A DNA stretch of 63,931 nucleotides, counting the filler, from Limisphaerales bacterium (lineage in GTDB: Bacteria > Verrucomicrobiota > Verrucomicrobiia > Limisphaerales > SIBE01): assembly GCA_044225505.1 (NCBI GenBank). It is 4 parts of 4 records of this genome, joined end to end, with 100 filler letters (N's around TTAATTAATTAA, not from the genome) between each part and the next. Parts side by side here need not be neighbours in the genome. Positions count along the whole stretch, not along the records: positions 1 to 29,194 come from JBGAIN010000101.1; 3 more parts are not named here. One strand, written 5' to 3'. The position numbers were made by a program, and so were the translations under genes. Below the pieces are notes generated by a model, which was not told the origin of the DNA, made no database searches, and saw nothing but the letters and a program-made list of their open reading frames with translations. Below are positions 1 through 10,859 of this stretch, piece by piece. Each line of letters starts with the position of its first letter. The stretch's first letter is position 1.

Positions 1-156
1 TTGGTCATCGACATCGTTGCTGTCTTGCTGACTCTGTCGGCTGTCTCTGGAATCTGGCTGCTGCTCTATGTTCGGCGGCGAAGGGTTTCCGGATTCTGGA
101 TTGGTATTTGGGGAGCCGCGTTGCTCTGGCTCGTGTTTGTGTGGGGAGTATCGTGA
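1..156 (+). CDS. C-terminal fragment of a PepSY-associated TM-helix membrane protein (5' end outside window)
   Basis: Frame +1 reads LVIDIVAVLLTLSAVSGIWLLLYVRRRRVSGFWIGIWGAALLWLVFVWGVS*. Two TM helices flank a basic RRRR loop, resembling the end of PepSY_TM_like proteins. Not in the ORF track. Confidence 0.6.
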   Translation: MVIDIVAVLLTLSAVSGIWLLLYVRRRRVSGFWIGIWGAALLWLVFVWGVS

Positions 157-512
157 CCGCGTGGCCTTCGTGGGGGGGAGAGGATCGAGATGCTGTTGGA
201 CTCCCGGGGCTGCAATCTTTCAGTACTTGCATGGCTGCAATGGCCTGTGGCAAGGTCTGCGCGTGTTCGAGACGTTCTTTGGGCTCCGCAGCCTTGTGAA
301 TGCGATGAACCAAGCGGAAATGGTAGCTTTGGGCTGTCACAGGGTGCGCGCTGGCCAGTCTTTCGTGCATTCAACGAGATCCGATGCCGAATCGGTGTAT
401 CAGTTCGAAAGCGCGCATGGCTGATTGACGTTCCAAGGGTTTTCTGGCGCTTGATTGGGGGTCAGGCGAAACGTAGCCGATTCGCGGGGTCGATTTAGTT
501 TGCAGCTTTGGA

Positions 513-541
513 TTGACGGAAAGTCGGTTCCGAACAATATT
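513..541 (+). promoter_or_regulatory. possible sigma70 promoter of tRNA-Lys
   Basis: TTGACG at 513-518, followed 16-17 nt later by AT-rich CAATAT/AATATT, about 25 nt upstream of the tRNA. Confidence 0.4.
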
Positions 542-565
542 TTAGCCCCTTTTGCGGTAGATTTT

Positions 566-641
566 GGGTTGGTAGCTCAGTCGGTAGAGCAGCGGCCTTT
601 TAAGCCGTTGGTCCTGGGTTCGAGTCCCAGCCAACCCACCA
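566..641 (+). tRNA. tRNA-Lys(UUU)
   Basis: Acceptor stem GGGTTGG/CCAACCC, D-arm GCTC..GAGC, anticodon loop CT-TTT-AA, T-loop TTCGAGT, encoded CCA. Confidence 0.97.
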
Positions 642-1025
642 CCGCCGTTTGTCCGAATCTGTCATTGGCCGGTCCGCGATTACGAACTCACTCTCCGCAA
701 CCGTCCTCATCCCCGTTCGAATCCTGCCTGCTTCGAGAACATGTAGCGGTTGCTGGCACGTTTACGGTCTTTCATCTGCTCCAAACAACGCCGCTTCGTT
801 GCTTGTCGCTGGCCGCTTCCAGTTGTTCGCTTTATTGGGTGATGACCGCCAATCTGAGCTGGCCCGCAGCTTGAATGAATAAACCTGTTGACACTGTCGT
901 ATAGAATAAAGGAAGTTTATCTATAAGACTAGATGCGGATTGCTTTTTGCCGCTTCGCGTCGCGCGACAGAGTTTATCATTCTGCGTGTGTTGAACCCGC
1001 CGTATCTGAATGAAGGATTTGTGCA

Positions 1026-2393
1026 ATGCATAGGAACACTCTTCTCCAAGCTAAAGCTCTAGCAGCGGCCCCGGTAAGAAACACATTCTCGAAAGGGGTT
1101 TCTCGGCGCCGATTCTTACGTCGGTTGGTTCAGTCGAGTGCGGTGATTGTCGTGCCGAGCTTGGTGCCTGCTTCGGTGCTGGGGCGCAACGGCCGGGTCC
1201 CACCAAGCGAGCGCATCGTACTCGGGGGCATGGGGGTCGGGAATCGCGGGTCGTTCGTTCTTTCCTGGATGTTGCCAGAGCCCGATGTGCAGTTCGTGGC
1301 TATTTGCGATGCAAAAAAGTCGTCGCGTGAGGCGGTGAAGCGCACTGTGGATCATCGGTACGGAAACCAGGACTGTGCGATGTATCGCGATATGCGAGAA
1401 TTCCTGGCAACGCGGACGGATATTGACGCGCTGCTCATCGCGACGGGCGATCGATGGCATGCGCTTGCCTCGATCATGGCAATGCGATCAGGGAAAGACG
1501 TCTACTCGGAGAAACCATCGTGCATGACGATTGCTGAGGGAAGGGCGGTGGTGGAGACGGCGAAGCGTTACGGGCGAATTTACCAGACCGGAGTGCAGAG
1601 GCTAAGCGAGGCGAACTTCGTCTTTTGCATTGAGATGGCGCAAACTGGCCGGCTTGGAAAGGTCAATACCGCTTATGCCCATATAGCCCCTTGGGACGCG
1701 GCTGCGATGCGTCACGACTGGCTTCCTCAGGAACCGGAGCCATCCAAGGACGAGGTCGACTGGGATCAGTGGCTTGGACCGTGTCCCTGGCGGCCATACA
1801 ACGCTGCATATACGAAGGGCTCCTGGCGTGGGCATTATGATTTCCACACGAGTTGCATCGGCGAGTGGGGCGCGCACACCTTTGCTCAAGCTCAGGCCGG
1901 ATTGGGCGTCCTGGATACTTCAGCCGTCGAATACCACTATGTTCCCAACGATAGCGGTGACGGGATGGAGGTGAAGTTTGCGACCGGCGCCAAGATGGTT
2001 CTTTCGCGTGGCGACCGATGGTGGCATGGCTCTTGCGGGATGCGCTTTGACGGGGCAGAAGGTTGGGTGGCCGCTGCGGATGGCTATTCCAAACCCGAAA
2101 CCTCGTCACCGCTGTTGTTGGCTGACCTCAATAAAACGGTTCGAGATTACATGGCGCGGACCGGACGTCCTATGAATCACGTTCGGGATTTCTTCAATTC
2201 AGTCAAGTCCCGGCAGGCGACGGTGGCCAATCCAGAAGTGATGCACCATTCGATGTCCACCGTCCACGGCGCCAACATCTGCATGTGGCTGAAGCGCGAC
2301 CTCAAGTACGATCCCACGCGCGAAATGTTTGTGAATGATGACGAGGCAAACCGATTGCGGTCCCGAGCGATGCGGTCTCCCTGGACGATTTAG
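1026..2393 (+). CDS. Gfo/Idh/MocA family oxidoreductase, Tat-exported
   Basis: SRRRFL twin-arginine signal, GMGVGNRG NAD-binding loop, GKDVYSEKP motif, WDQWLGP. Confidence 0.9.
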   Translation: MHRNTLLQAKALAAAPVRNTFSKGVSRRRFLRRLVQSSAVIVVPSLVPASVLGRNGRVPPSERIVLGGMGVGNRGSFVLSWMLPEPDVQFVAICDAKKSSREAVKRTVDHRYGNQDCAMYRDMREFLATRTDIDALLIATGDRWHALASIMAMRSGKDVYSEKPSCMTIAEGRAVVETAKRYGRIYQTGVQRLSEANFVFCIEMAQTGRLGKVNTAYAHIAPWDAAAMRHDWLPQEPEPSKDEVDWDQWLGPCPWRPYNAAYTKGSWRGHYDFHTSCIGEWGAHTFAQAQAGLGVLDTSAVEYHYVPNDSGDGMEVKFATGAKMVLSRGDRWWHGSCGMRFDGAEGWVAAADGYSKPETSSPLLLADLNKTVRDYMARTGRPMNHVRDFFNSVKSRQATVANPEVMHHSMSTVHGANICMWLKRDLKYDPTREMFVNDDEANRLRSRAMRSPWTI

Positions 2394-2415
2394 GCCAATC
2401 AACCCTGGACTTTAC

Positions 2416-4382
2416 ATGAACTCGACGATTCTAGCTCTTCGTTTGCTCGGCGGGGGAATACTGTGCAGCATTGCTTTAACTGCGAATGCGCAAGACCCAA
2501 CGCCACTCTTAACACGGCCGGTTAACGTTTTGATCGGCGTGATTAACTCAAACGCGTCACTCCATGAGACTACCGAGGCGTGCCGGGAGTTGGCTGTCGT
2601 TGGAAATAAGGACGCCGTGGCGGCCCTGGCGACTCTACTGGCCGATGAAAAACGCAGCCACTTGGCGCGCTACGCATTGGAACCATTGCCGGAACCGTCT
2701 GTCGACACAGCATTCCGGACGGCGGTCGGTACGACTCACGGGCGAACGCTGGCCGGAATCATTGATAGCATTGGAGTGCGTCAAGATGCCGAAGCCGCAC
2801 CGCTTTTGACAAAACTGCTGCACGATCCAGACTCCGATGTCGTCGAGGCAGCCGCGCGTTCGCTAGGGAACATCGCTACGCCAGTGGCTGTTGCCGGGTT
2901 GCGAACTGCGTTGGCGCCGGCCATCGGACGCATTCGCATCGCATTGAATGAGGGGTTATTGCGTTGTGCCGAGACGCTGCGGAAGCGTGGTGACAAAAAG
3001 GATGCCGGCGCGATCTACGATCAGCTTCGCGCGTCTTCCAGTCCGAGCCACGTGCAGGTCGCGGCATTCCGAGGCGCTATCTTGATTCGGGGGGCAGCTG
3101 GGCTTCCCTTGTTGCGAGAGAGTTTACGGCATTCGGACTTCGCCGTGTTTACCGCTGGGATTCGCACGACCTACGAAATGGAGGGCGTTGAAGTGACGCG
3201 GGTTCTCGCCAAGGAGTCCCTTCGGACGGTTGAAACCGATCGGAAGGTGTTGATCATTCAAGCGTTGGGAAAACGCGCGGACTCCGTCTCAATCGAGGCG
3301 CTGGCAACGGCGGCTAGCTCCAAGGAACCGCCGGTGTCTCTGGCGGCAGTCCGTTGCTTGGGGGAGACTGGCATACCGGCAGCCGCGCCTCATTTGGCGG
3401 CGTGGGTGACTAGTGAAGACTCGGCCAAGGCTCAAGCGGCGATGGCGGGTTTGGCGAGTCTACAAGGAGACTCGGTGGACAACTTAATTTACTCCATGCT
3501 GAAGGACCCAGCGCCAGCGAGACGTGTGGCTGCAATTGAATTGATAGGCAGACGGAAAGATCGAGCACGAATCTCGGATTTGTTCAAAGCGAGTGCGGAT
3601 GCAGCGAGCCCAGTGAGGATTGCAGCACTTAATGGGATCGGGGAACTGGGAGGAGCCTCAGATTTGCCTGCGTTGCTCCGCGTCTTGACCGGGTTGACAG
3701 ATCCCCTGGAACTGGAGGCCGCAGAGCAAACGCTCTCGGGAATCGCGGTTCGGGCCGATCGGCCCGGAGCAGTGGTCGCCATTGTTGCTGAAACCATACC
3801 GAAGGCTGCGCCTAGCCAGAAGGGCGCCCTAGTGCGAGTCATGGGCAGTTTAGGAGGAGAATCTGCGCTGCGCGTCGTCCGTAGTGCGCTGGATGAGCCC
3901 AGTCCCGAAGTTCATGCCGCCGCCATACGAACGCTGGGAGCTTGGAAAACTGCAGATGCCGCGCCGATCCTACTGACGCTGGCGACAAACGCACCTGACG
4001 CCACGGATCGAACTTTGTCACTTCACAACTATCTTGGATTGGCTTCAAGCTCTGACATCCCGGCTAACGAAAGACTGCAGCTTTGCCGAAACGCAACTAA
4101 TGCGACCTCCACTCCGGAAGACAACTGCTTCTGGCCGCTCTGGGCGAGATCGACTCTATCCGAGGTGGTGACTTCCCAGTCGCGCCATTTCTTAAGGATG
4201 CGAGTGTTCACGAGGAAGCTGGGGCGGCTCTCCTTACTGTGGCAGAAAGGCTGCAGAAGGCGAAAACTCCCTGTGCCTGCCGGGCACTGTGGACTCCAGC
4301 ACTGGAACTTGTTGTCTCCGGTTCCCGCGATAACTCTGTGCGGGAACGTGCAGCATCCGTGCTGCGCCAGGTTCAGAAGTGA
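2416..4382 (+). CDS. secreted HEAT/PBS-lyase repeat protein with apparent frameshift near 4123
   Basis: Signal peptide from ATG 2416 and many HEAT-like repeats. The HEAT-like sequence continues in another frame from 4125 (LLLAALGEIDS...EEAGAALLTVAERL...VRERAASVLRQVQK*, stop 4380-4382), whereas the tracked frame becomes non-protein-like. Confidence 0.75.
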
Positions 4383-4630
4383 CCAGATTCGCGGTGACGT
4401 GTAAAGCACCCCGCATTCGCTTTCAAGTTCGCCTGCCGAGATAACGCACTCAGCCTGGCGCCTCGCCGCAGAGATTCCGAGGTAAGGGGCACGAGTGCGT
4501 CCGCGTCTCAACCACAAATCAGGCTTCACCCCGATTGCAAGTGCGTCGAACCTGTATTTCTGGGAAGTTGAGCTGACTCTACTGTCGCCGACAAAGCTCT
4601 ACCGCTCGGACGCGCGCTGAGACCAGACGG

Positions 4631-4945
4631 TTACACTGGCAGGATCTCTAGCCGCTTGACCTTTACTTTAATGCCTGCAACAGCTCTGGCGCGCTTCGTC
4701 AGTGAGTTCCTTAAATCTATATTCTTTGCTTTGACCGTCAGCTTCACGACTCCGTCTTCGGCGTCAATACCGATTTTTGAGAGAAACTTGTTCGCATATC
4801 TCCCCGTTGTTCCCGTGGTGCCCGCAAAAAATCGCGACATGCACCTTTTGAACGACGGTCTTGCCCGTGCCGGCAACGCGCTGATCGATGGCTCTGGTGG
4901 AGGTGCGTTGCTCGAGTTGTAAGTCGCTACGTGCGTTATTGAGCC
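4631..4945 (-). pseudogene. degenerate BON/OsmY-like domain remnant
   Basis: IDAEDGVVKLTVKAKNIDLRNSLTKRARAVAGIKVKVKRLEI resembles the BON pattern (GVVtLsGka.n..e....klA..v.Gvk.V.N.l.i). The upstream part is poorly conserved. Confidence 0.35.
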
Positions 4946-5523
4946 GTGACCGACGAGCCCATCTCGCCGCGAGGCATTGGGTGCGGCGTTAGAGCTCAAC
5001 GGCTGATCGCGGCGAGCGGAAAACTTGCGGGACGGATCGGCTTTTTAGGATACGATGTTTCGAGACGGCTCATTTCCGCAGATCGATTGCTCGACAACCA
5101 AGGCGCCGGCGACAAAACAGGGACTTGTCATCTTACGAAGGATCACCTATAGCGGGAAAATCGGCGTGCTCGTGTGCTTAATCTAGTTCTGCATTAGCCG
5201 TGGCGGCAATCCTCCAGCGGACTGACTGAATTGCCGTGCAAGTTCCGACGAATGGCGAGGCCGCTTTGGATAACGTTGCGGCGAATGGCGCTAAACTCCA
5301 GCTAACCTGAACTTGTTTGCTATTCTCCGAGGTAATCCTTAGCAGAGTCCCGGAAATAGGGAGTGCCGCGCTGGAGCATTGGTGAACCGGATCTAGATTC
5401 TGGTTGGTCGGAGAATCTTCGTTTTACCGAGACCCTACCGTTAAAAGCAACGGAGAGTTAGTCCAGGCAAACCGCGGTTAGAAGATGACAAAAAACGTTG
5501 CGCCGATCTGGCAGTGAACTGGC

Positions 5524-8133
5524 ATGGTGAACGCGGTTTGTCACTGGTTCATGTTGAAGACCGCGGCCATTTTAGAACTGCCTCGTTCCGGGAATCCGGA
5601 ACGGGACGTCGCTTTGGCGGGGGCGGCCTTTGCCAGATCTGAGTCGAAAACAGCCCTGGAATGTTTCCACTGCGGCTCCACGTGTTCGGACCGCGAGTTT
5701 TCCATCGAAGGAAAAGTGTTTTGCTGTCGCGGATGTGCTACGGTCTTTGAGCTCCTCTGCGAGAACGGTTTGGAGGGGTTCTACGACGTGGCCAAGGCCG
5801 CCGGAATTAGAGGAGGCGGTGTGGCGGATCTAAGCCGGTTTGAGTTCTTGGATGAGGCGAGTGTCCGTGCTCGGTTGGTTGACTTTTCTGACGACCGATT
5901 AACGCGCGTTACTTTTCAACTACCTGCGATTCATTGTATTGCCTGCGTGTGGTTGCTTGAGAATCTTTTCCGGTTACGGTCCGGGGTAGGGCATTCGATA
6001 GTGAATTTTCCGAGGAAAGAAGTTTCGATTTCGTTTGACTCAGCCAAGGTTCGACTGAGTGAAGTCGTTCATGCGTTGGCGTCTCTAGGGTATGAACCGG
6101 ATTTGCGTCTAGCCGATTTAAAGACTTTGCGAACGCCGTCGCACAATCGTCGGCTATGGCTTCAGCTCGGCGTGGCGGGATTTGCGTTTGGCAATACGAT
6201 GCTTTTCAGTATCGCATCGTATCTCGGGCTCGATAGTGCGAGCGGTCCTGGGTTTCAACGATTGGTTGGATACATCAGCCTGTGTTTGGCTCTCCCTGTG
6301 GTCGGTTTTAGTGCTCTCGACTATTGGCGGGCTTCTTGGATGAGCCTCAGACAACGGTTGCTTAATATTGACGTTCCAATCGCTGCCGGGATCATCGCGC
6401 TTTTCGCACAGAGCGTCTATGACGTGTTCTCGTCGCGCGGTGTCGGGTATTTTGATTCCCTGGCAGGACTGCTGTTTTTTCTTTTGTGTGGCCGGCTGTT
6501 CCAGCGAAAAACATTCGATCGGCTGGCGTTCGATCGAGATTATCGATCTTTCTTTCCTTTGTCGGTTCGTCGATTGGAGGCCGAAGGAGAACGTACGATT
6601 GCGCTCTCGACGTTGAACGTCGGGGACCAACTCATCGTGCGAAATGGTGAATTAATCCCAGCAGATGCGAAGCTCTTGGAAGGTCCCGCGATGATCGATT
6701 ACAGCTTCGTCACGGGAGAGTCGTTACCCGTGCAAAAGTCGGCAGGCGATTACCTCTACGCGGGTGGCCGACAGATGGGGGCGGCGATCCGGGTGCAGAC
6801 GGTCAAGGCGGTTTCACAAGGTTATCTGACATCACTATGGAACCAGGACGCATTCAAGAAGGATTCAACGGTTGATACCTTGCAGTCCGTCACCAATCGA
6901 TATAGTCAACGGTTCACCAAAGTCGTTTTCCTGATCGCGGTCGGTTCAGCCTTGTTCTGGGCGTCACAAGGTTCGAGCCTGGCCGTTAAGTCTCTTATAT
7001 CTGTCCTCATTGTGGCATGTCCTTGCGCGCTTGCCTTAGCCGCACCGTTCGCGCTGGGCACTGCGCAACGTATTCTTGGAAATCTCAAAGTGTTTCTCAA
7101 AAATCCGGCAGTGTTAGAAAGACTCTCAACGGCCGACACGATTGTTTTCGATAAAACGGGGACGCTCACTTCCAGCTTGGGCTCAGTGACGTTCAAAGGC
7201 TCAGAACTTCTTGCTATCGAAAAGCTGTGGATAGGATCTTTGGCCCGACACTCGAATCATCCGTACGCCGTCCGAATTCGTGAGGTATTCTCGTGCGACG
7301 CTTCAACTCTGCCAGTACGACGTTTTGCAGAAATCCCTGGATGCGGAATGCGAGGTTACGTTGCTGGGCATGAGGTCTGTGTAGGTTCGCCAAATTGGAT
7401 AAGGTCCCTGAGACTGGAGGGGGGAGCAGTGGAGGATTCTGCGTCACCTCATCCGGATTGGATCGGAGCCGACGGAGGTGTCTGTGTTGCCATCGATGGG
7501 AAAACGCGAGGTTACTGCGTCATGGCCACGACTCTGCGCCCGGCGATCGACCGCTTATTGGTCGACCTGGGAAAGGACTATCGGTTGGCTCTATTGAGTG
7601 GCGACAGCGGTCGCGATCAAGAATTGTTCAAATGCTGGTTCGAACCGTCTGAGGGCTTGCATTTCAGTCAGAACCCGGTGGAGAAACTGCAACATATCCA
7701 ACGACTCCAGTCCTCAGGGCACGCGGTGATTATGGTGGGGGATGGTTTGAATGACGCCGGCGCCCTAAGGCAGAGCGATGTTGGTATCGCTGTCGTTGAG
7801 AATACTGCGGCTTTTTCTCCGGCCAGCGACATCATTATCGACGGGAAAGTGATTCCCTACTTACGAGAAATCACACGTTTCGCAAAACAAACAATCCTAG
7901 TTGTGAGGGCGAGTTTTCTAATTTCTGCGCTTTACAATATCCTTGGAATCAGTATTGCCGCCCGTGGACTGCTTGAGCCCGTTGTGTGCGCTATCTTAAT
8001 GCCCCTCAGCTCTGTCACGGTGGTGGCATTTGCGTGTGGTGTGACCCACTGGCTAGGACGCCGAAGCTTGCTGAGGCTTCACCGATCCGCGGCGTTAGAT
8101 GGAATTCAGAAAGAATGGGCCCTCAAATCATGA
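5524..8133 (+). CDS. ccoI: cbb3 oxidase assembly Cu-translocating P1B-type ATPase
   Basis: N-terminal CFHCG..CCRGC, HCIACVW HMA motif, TGES, CPCAL, DKTGT, GDGLND. First gene of the cco cluster; start may be 5551. Confidence 0.93.
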   Translation: MVNAVCHWFMLKTAAILELPRSGNPERDVALAGAAFARSESKTALECFHCGSTCSDREFSIEGKVFCCRGCATVFELLCENGLEGFYDVAKAAGIRGGGVADLSRFEFLDEASVRARLVDFSDDRLTRVTFQLPAIHCIACVWLLENLFRLRSGVGHSIVNFPRKEVSISFDSAKVRLSEVVHALASLGYEPDLRLADLKTLRTPSHNRRLWLQLGVAGFAFGNTMLFSIASYLGLDSASGPGFQRLVGYISLCLALPVVGFSALDYWRASWMSLRQRLLNIDVPIAAGIIALFAQSVYDVFSSRGVGYFDSLAGLLFFLLCGRLFQRKTFDRLAFDRDYRSFFPLSVRRLEAEGERTIALSTLNVGDQLIVRNGELIPADAKLLEGPAMIDYSFVTGESLPVQKSAGDYLYAGGRQMGAAIRVQTVKAVSQGYLTSLWNQDAFKKDSTVDTLQSVTNRYSQRFTKVVFLIAVGSALFWASQGSSLAVKSLISVLIVACPCALALAAPFALGTAQRILGNLKVFLKNPAVLERLSTADTIVFDKTGTLTSSLGSVTFKGSELLAIEKLWIGSLARHSNHPYAVRIREVFSCDASTLPVRRFAEIPGCGMRGYVAGHEVCVGSPNWIRSLRLEGGAVEDSASPHPDWIGADGGVCVAIDGKTRGYCVMATTLRPAIDRLLVDLGKDYRLALLSGDSGRDQELFKCWFEPSEGLHFSQNPVEKLQHIQRLQSSGHAVIMVGDGLNDAGALRQSDVGIAVVENTAAFSPASDIIIDGKVIPYLREITRFAKQTILVVRASFLISALYNILGISIAARGLLEPVVCAILMPLSSVTVVAFACGVTHWLGRRSLLRLHRSAALDGIQKEWALKS

Positions 8134-8456
8134 CCATCATTTTCCTTCTGATTCCTCTCAGCGTGGTCCTAGCGACGGGATTCTTAGTTGCCTTTATTTG
8201 GGCCGTTCGATCTGGCCAATACGAAGATACCTGTACTCCATCCATGCGAATGCTTCTCCACGATGGTATTATACAATCGCGTGCCGAGGCGGCAGGACGC
8301 AGTTCGAATGAATCCGCAGCCACCGTGTGTTTACCCCTTGACCAGCGTAGAGAATCTGTTTGTCCGCAAAACCTGAACAGAGCCGCTGAGGCGACTTTGC
8401 CAGCGAATGTCTTGACCGCAGATGAACCAATCTGCCTTACCCCTACGAAGTCCTAA
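8130..8456 (+). CDS. ccoS: cbb3-type cytochrome oxidase assembly protein
   Basis: MTIIFLLIPLS...FIWAVRSGQYED..TPSMRML signature; ATGA overlap with the ccoI stop. Confidence 0.88.
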   Translation: MTIIFLLIPLSVVLATGFLVAFIWAVRSGQYEDTCTPSMRMLLHDGIIQSRAEAAGRSSNESAATVCLPLDQRRESVCPQNLNRAAEATLPANVLTADEPICLTPTKS

Positions 8457-8457
8457 C

Positions 8458-10656
8458 ATGAGTAACATCGAAACGTTCAAATACGACAACCGGATTGTTC
8501 GTGCTTTTGCAATCGTGACCGTTTTGTGGGCGATTGTTGGCATGAGCGCCGGCCTTCTCGCTGCCGTAGAACTCTTCTGGCCGGGCGCCAATCTTAACCT
8601 GCAATTCATCACGTTTGGGCGACTGCGTCCGCTGCACACGAATGCTGTCATCTTTGCCTTTGTAGGCAACGGGATGTTTATGGGCATCTACTATTCTCTG
8701 CAGCGGCTTTGTAAGGCGCGCATGTTCAGTGACGCTTTAAGCTGGATCAACTTCTGGGGATGGAATGCCATCATTGTGGCGGCAGCTATTACCTTGCCGT
8801 TGGGGATCACCACCAGCAAAGAATACGCTGAACTTGAATGGCCGATTGATATCGCCATTGCTTTGATCTGGGTCGTCTTCACCGTCAATATGATGGGAAC
8901 AATTATCAAGCGCCGGGAACGGCACCTGTATGTTGCCATCTGGTTCTATATTGCGACTGCAGTCACGGTCGCCTTGTTGCACATCGTTAACTCGTTGGAG
9001 GTGCCGGTGACTTTCCTCAAGAGCTATTCCATTTACGCTGGGGTCCAAGACGCCCTGGTCCAATGGTGGTATGGGCATAACGCGGTGGCCTTCTTCCTCA
9101 CGACCCCGTACCTCGGATTGATGTACTACTATTTGCCGAAAGCTGCGGATCGGCCGGTCTTTTCTTATCGTCTCTCAATCATTCACTTCTGGGCACTGAT
9201 CTTTGTCTATATTTGGGCAGGGCCACATCATCTGCTCTACACCGCACTCCCGGATTGGGCTCAATCACTGGGAATGGTGTTTTCTGTTATGCTCGTTGCT
9301 CCGTCTTGGGGCGGCATGCTCAACGGACTACTCACTTTACGGGGAGCTTGGGACAAGGTGCGACAGGATCCAATGCTCAAGTTCATGGTAGTTGCCGTTA
9401 CTGCCTACGGAATGGCAACGCTCGAAGGCCCGACGCTAGCCATTAAGAGCGTGAATTCGTTGTCGCACTATACCGATTGGACAATTGCTCATGTGCACAC
9501 CGGAGCTCTCGGGTGGAATGGGTTTTTGACTTTTAGTGTTCTCTACTGGCTATTCCCTCGTCTCTATAACACAAAACTGTGGTCGATCCGCCTGGCCAAT
9601 ACGCACTTTTGGGTCGCGTTGCTCGGGATGATGTTCTACGTCGTGCCAATGTATTGGAGTGGCATCACTCAGGGATTGATGTGGAAGCAGTTTACGAACG
9701 AAGGTTTCATGCTCTATCCGAACTTTCTCGAGACGGTTTTACAAATTGTCCCAATGTATCGAATCCGTGCAATTGGAGGAACGCTTTACCTTTTCGGCGC
9801 CATTTTGATGGCGTTTAATCTCTGGAAGACTGCGAAGAGCGGGGTTTTCGTGCCCGAGCAGGAGGCGCAAGCAGCTCCGCTGCGCGCTCAGTTGAGCCAG
9901 CCCGGGCATAGTCATCCTTGGGGACATCAATGGTTAGAGACCAAGCCGATTACTTTCACCGTGTTGGCGTTAGTGGCCGTGTTGATTGGTGGTCTCTTGG
10001 AAATAATCCCTATGTTCCTTGTGAGGGAGAATGTGCCAACGATCAGTTCCGTAAAACCGTACACGCCGCTGGAAGTGCTCGGACGTGACCTCTACATCCG
10101 GGAAGGCTGCGTGGGGTGTCATTCGCAGATGGTTCGCCCCTTCCGATCGGAGACTGAGCGCTACGGGGAGTATTCAAAAGCGGGTGAGTTCATTTACGAT
10201 CACCCGTTCCTTTGGGGATCAAAACGCACCGGTCCTGATTTGCACCGCGTTGGAGGCAAGTATCCGGATGCGTGGCACTATAATCACATGGATAATCCGC
10301 GATCGACATCGCCGGGTTCGATCATGCCGCGCTACCCGTGGCTGTTGACGCAGAAGCTGGATACTTCATCGCTTCCAGCCCGGCTGTCAGCTCTTCGTAA
10401 GGTGGGCGTTCCTTATGCCGTCGGCTCTGAAGCGACAGCGCTAGCCGATGCCAAGGGGCAAGCCGCGAAGGTTGCCGAAAGTCTCAAGACGGGACTGATT
10501 AAGGCGGACCCAGATACCGAGATCATCGCATTAATTGCGTATTTGCAGCGTCTTGGCGTGGATATCAAAAACCAAGCTATTAATCCAGCCCCGGTAGCCG
10601 GCACAGACGCGGCTCCAAGAGCTGCGCTGAACAATGTCGAGACAACGCATAACTAA
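8458..10656 (+). CDS. ccoNO: cbb3-type cytochrome c oxidase fused subunits I/II
   Basis: FGRLRPLHTN, WWYGHNAVAF, WAGPHH, HVHTGALGW (CcoN), then EGCVGCHSQMVRP and WGSKRTGPDL (CcoO). Confidence 0.97.
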   Translation: MSNIETFKYDNRIVRAFAIVTVLWAIVGMSAGLLAAVELFWPGANLNLQFITFGRLRPLHTNAVIFAFVGNGMFMGIYYSLQRLCKARMFSDALSWINFWGWNAIIVAAAITLPLGITTSKEYAELEWPIDIAIALIWVVFTVNMMGTIIKRRERHLYVAIWFYIATAVTVALLHIVNSLEVPVTFLKSYSIYAGVQDALVQWWYGHNAVAFFLTTPYLGLMYYYLPKAADRPVFSYRLSIIHFWALIFVYIWAGPHHLLYTALPDWAQSLGMVFSVMLVAPSWGGMLNGLLTLRGAWDKVRQDPMLKFMVVAVTAYGMATLEGPTLAIKSVNSLSHYTDWTIAHVHTGALGWNGFLTFSVLYWLFPRLYNTKLWSIRLANTHFWVALLGMMFYVVPMYWSGITQGLMWKQFTNEGFMLYPNFLETVLQIVPMYRIRAIGGTLYLFGAILMAFNLWKTAKSGVFVPEQEAQAAPLRAQLSQPGHSHPWGHQWLETKPITFTVLALVAVLIGGLLEIIPMFLVRENVPTISSVKPYTPLEVLGRDLYIREGCVGCHSQMVRPFRSETERYGEYSKAGEFIYDHPFLWGSKRTGPDLHRVGGKYPDAWHYNHMDNPRSTSPGSIMPRYPWLLTQKLDTSSLPARLSALRKVGVPYAVGSEATALADAKGQAAKVAESLKTGLIKADPDTEIIALIAYLQRLGVDIKNQAINPAPVAGTDAAPRAALNNVETTHN

Positions 10657-10664
10657 ACGCCTTC

Positions 10665-10859
10665 ATGATCCAAAACGTATTACGAGCAATTGGGGGTATC
10701 GGTGTGTATGATACCATTTCGATCTGCCTTTTCGTTGCCATGTTTAGTGGAGTGCTGATGTGGGCAGCGCGGATGAAAAGGTCGAAGTTGAACGAGTTAA
10801 GTGTGTTGCCACTGCATGATGGAACCGTTGCTCAAGAAGGAGAATCTCGCCATGAATGA
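10665..10859 (+). CDS. ccoQ: cbb3 oxidase small subunit (CcoQ-like)
   Basis: 64 aa, one TM helix, ..LSVLPL.D tail, located between ccoNO and ccoP. Confidence 0.75.
   Translation: MIQNVLRAIGGIGVYDTISICLFVAMFSGVLMWAARMKRSKLNELSVLPLHDGTVAQEGESRHE

Noticed and set aside
5..498. Several overlapping 60-120 aa ORFs at the window start
   Set aside because: No recognisable motifs; frame +1 (1-156) explains the coding signal better
711..730. GTTCGAATCC T-loop-like motif after tRNA-Lys (possible second tRNA or att remnant)
   Set aside because: Flanks do not form a T-stem, no cloverleaf, and it does not match the tRNA-Lys 3' end
5150..5550. Expected FNR/Anr box upstream of the cbb3 operon
   Set aside because: No TTGAT-N4-ATCAA-like site found by eye
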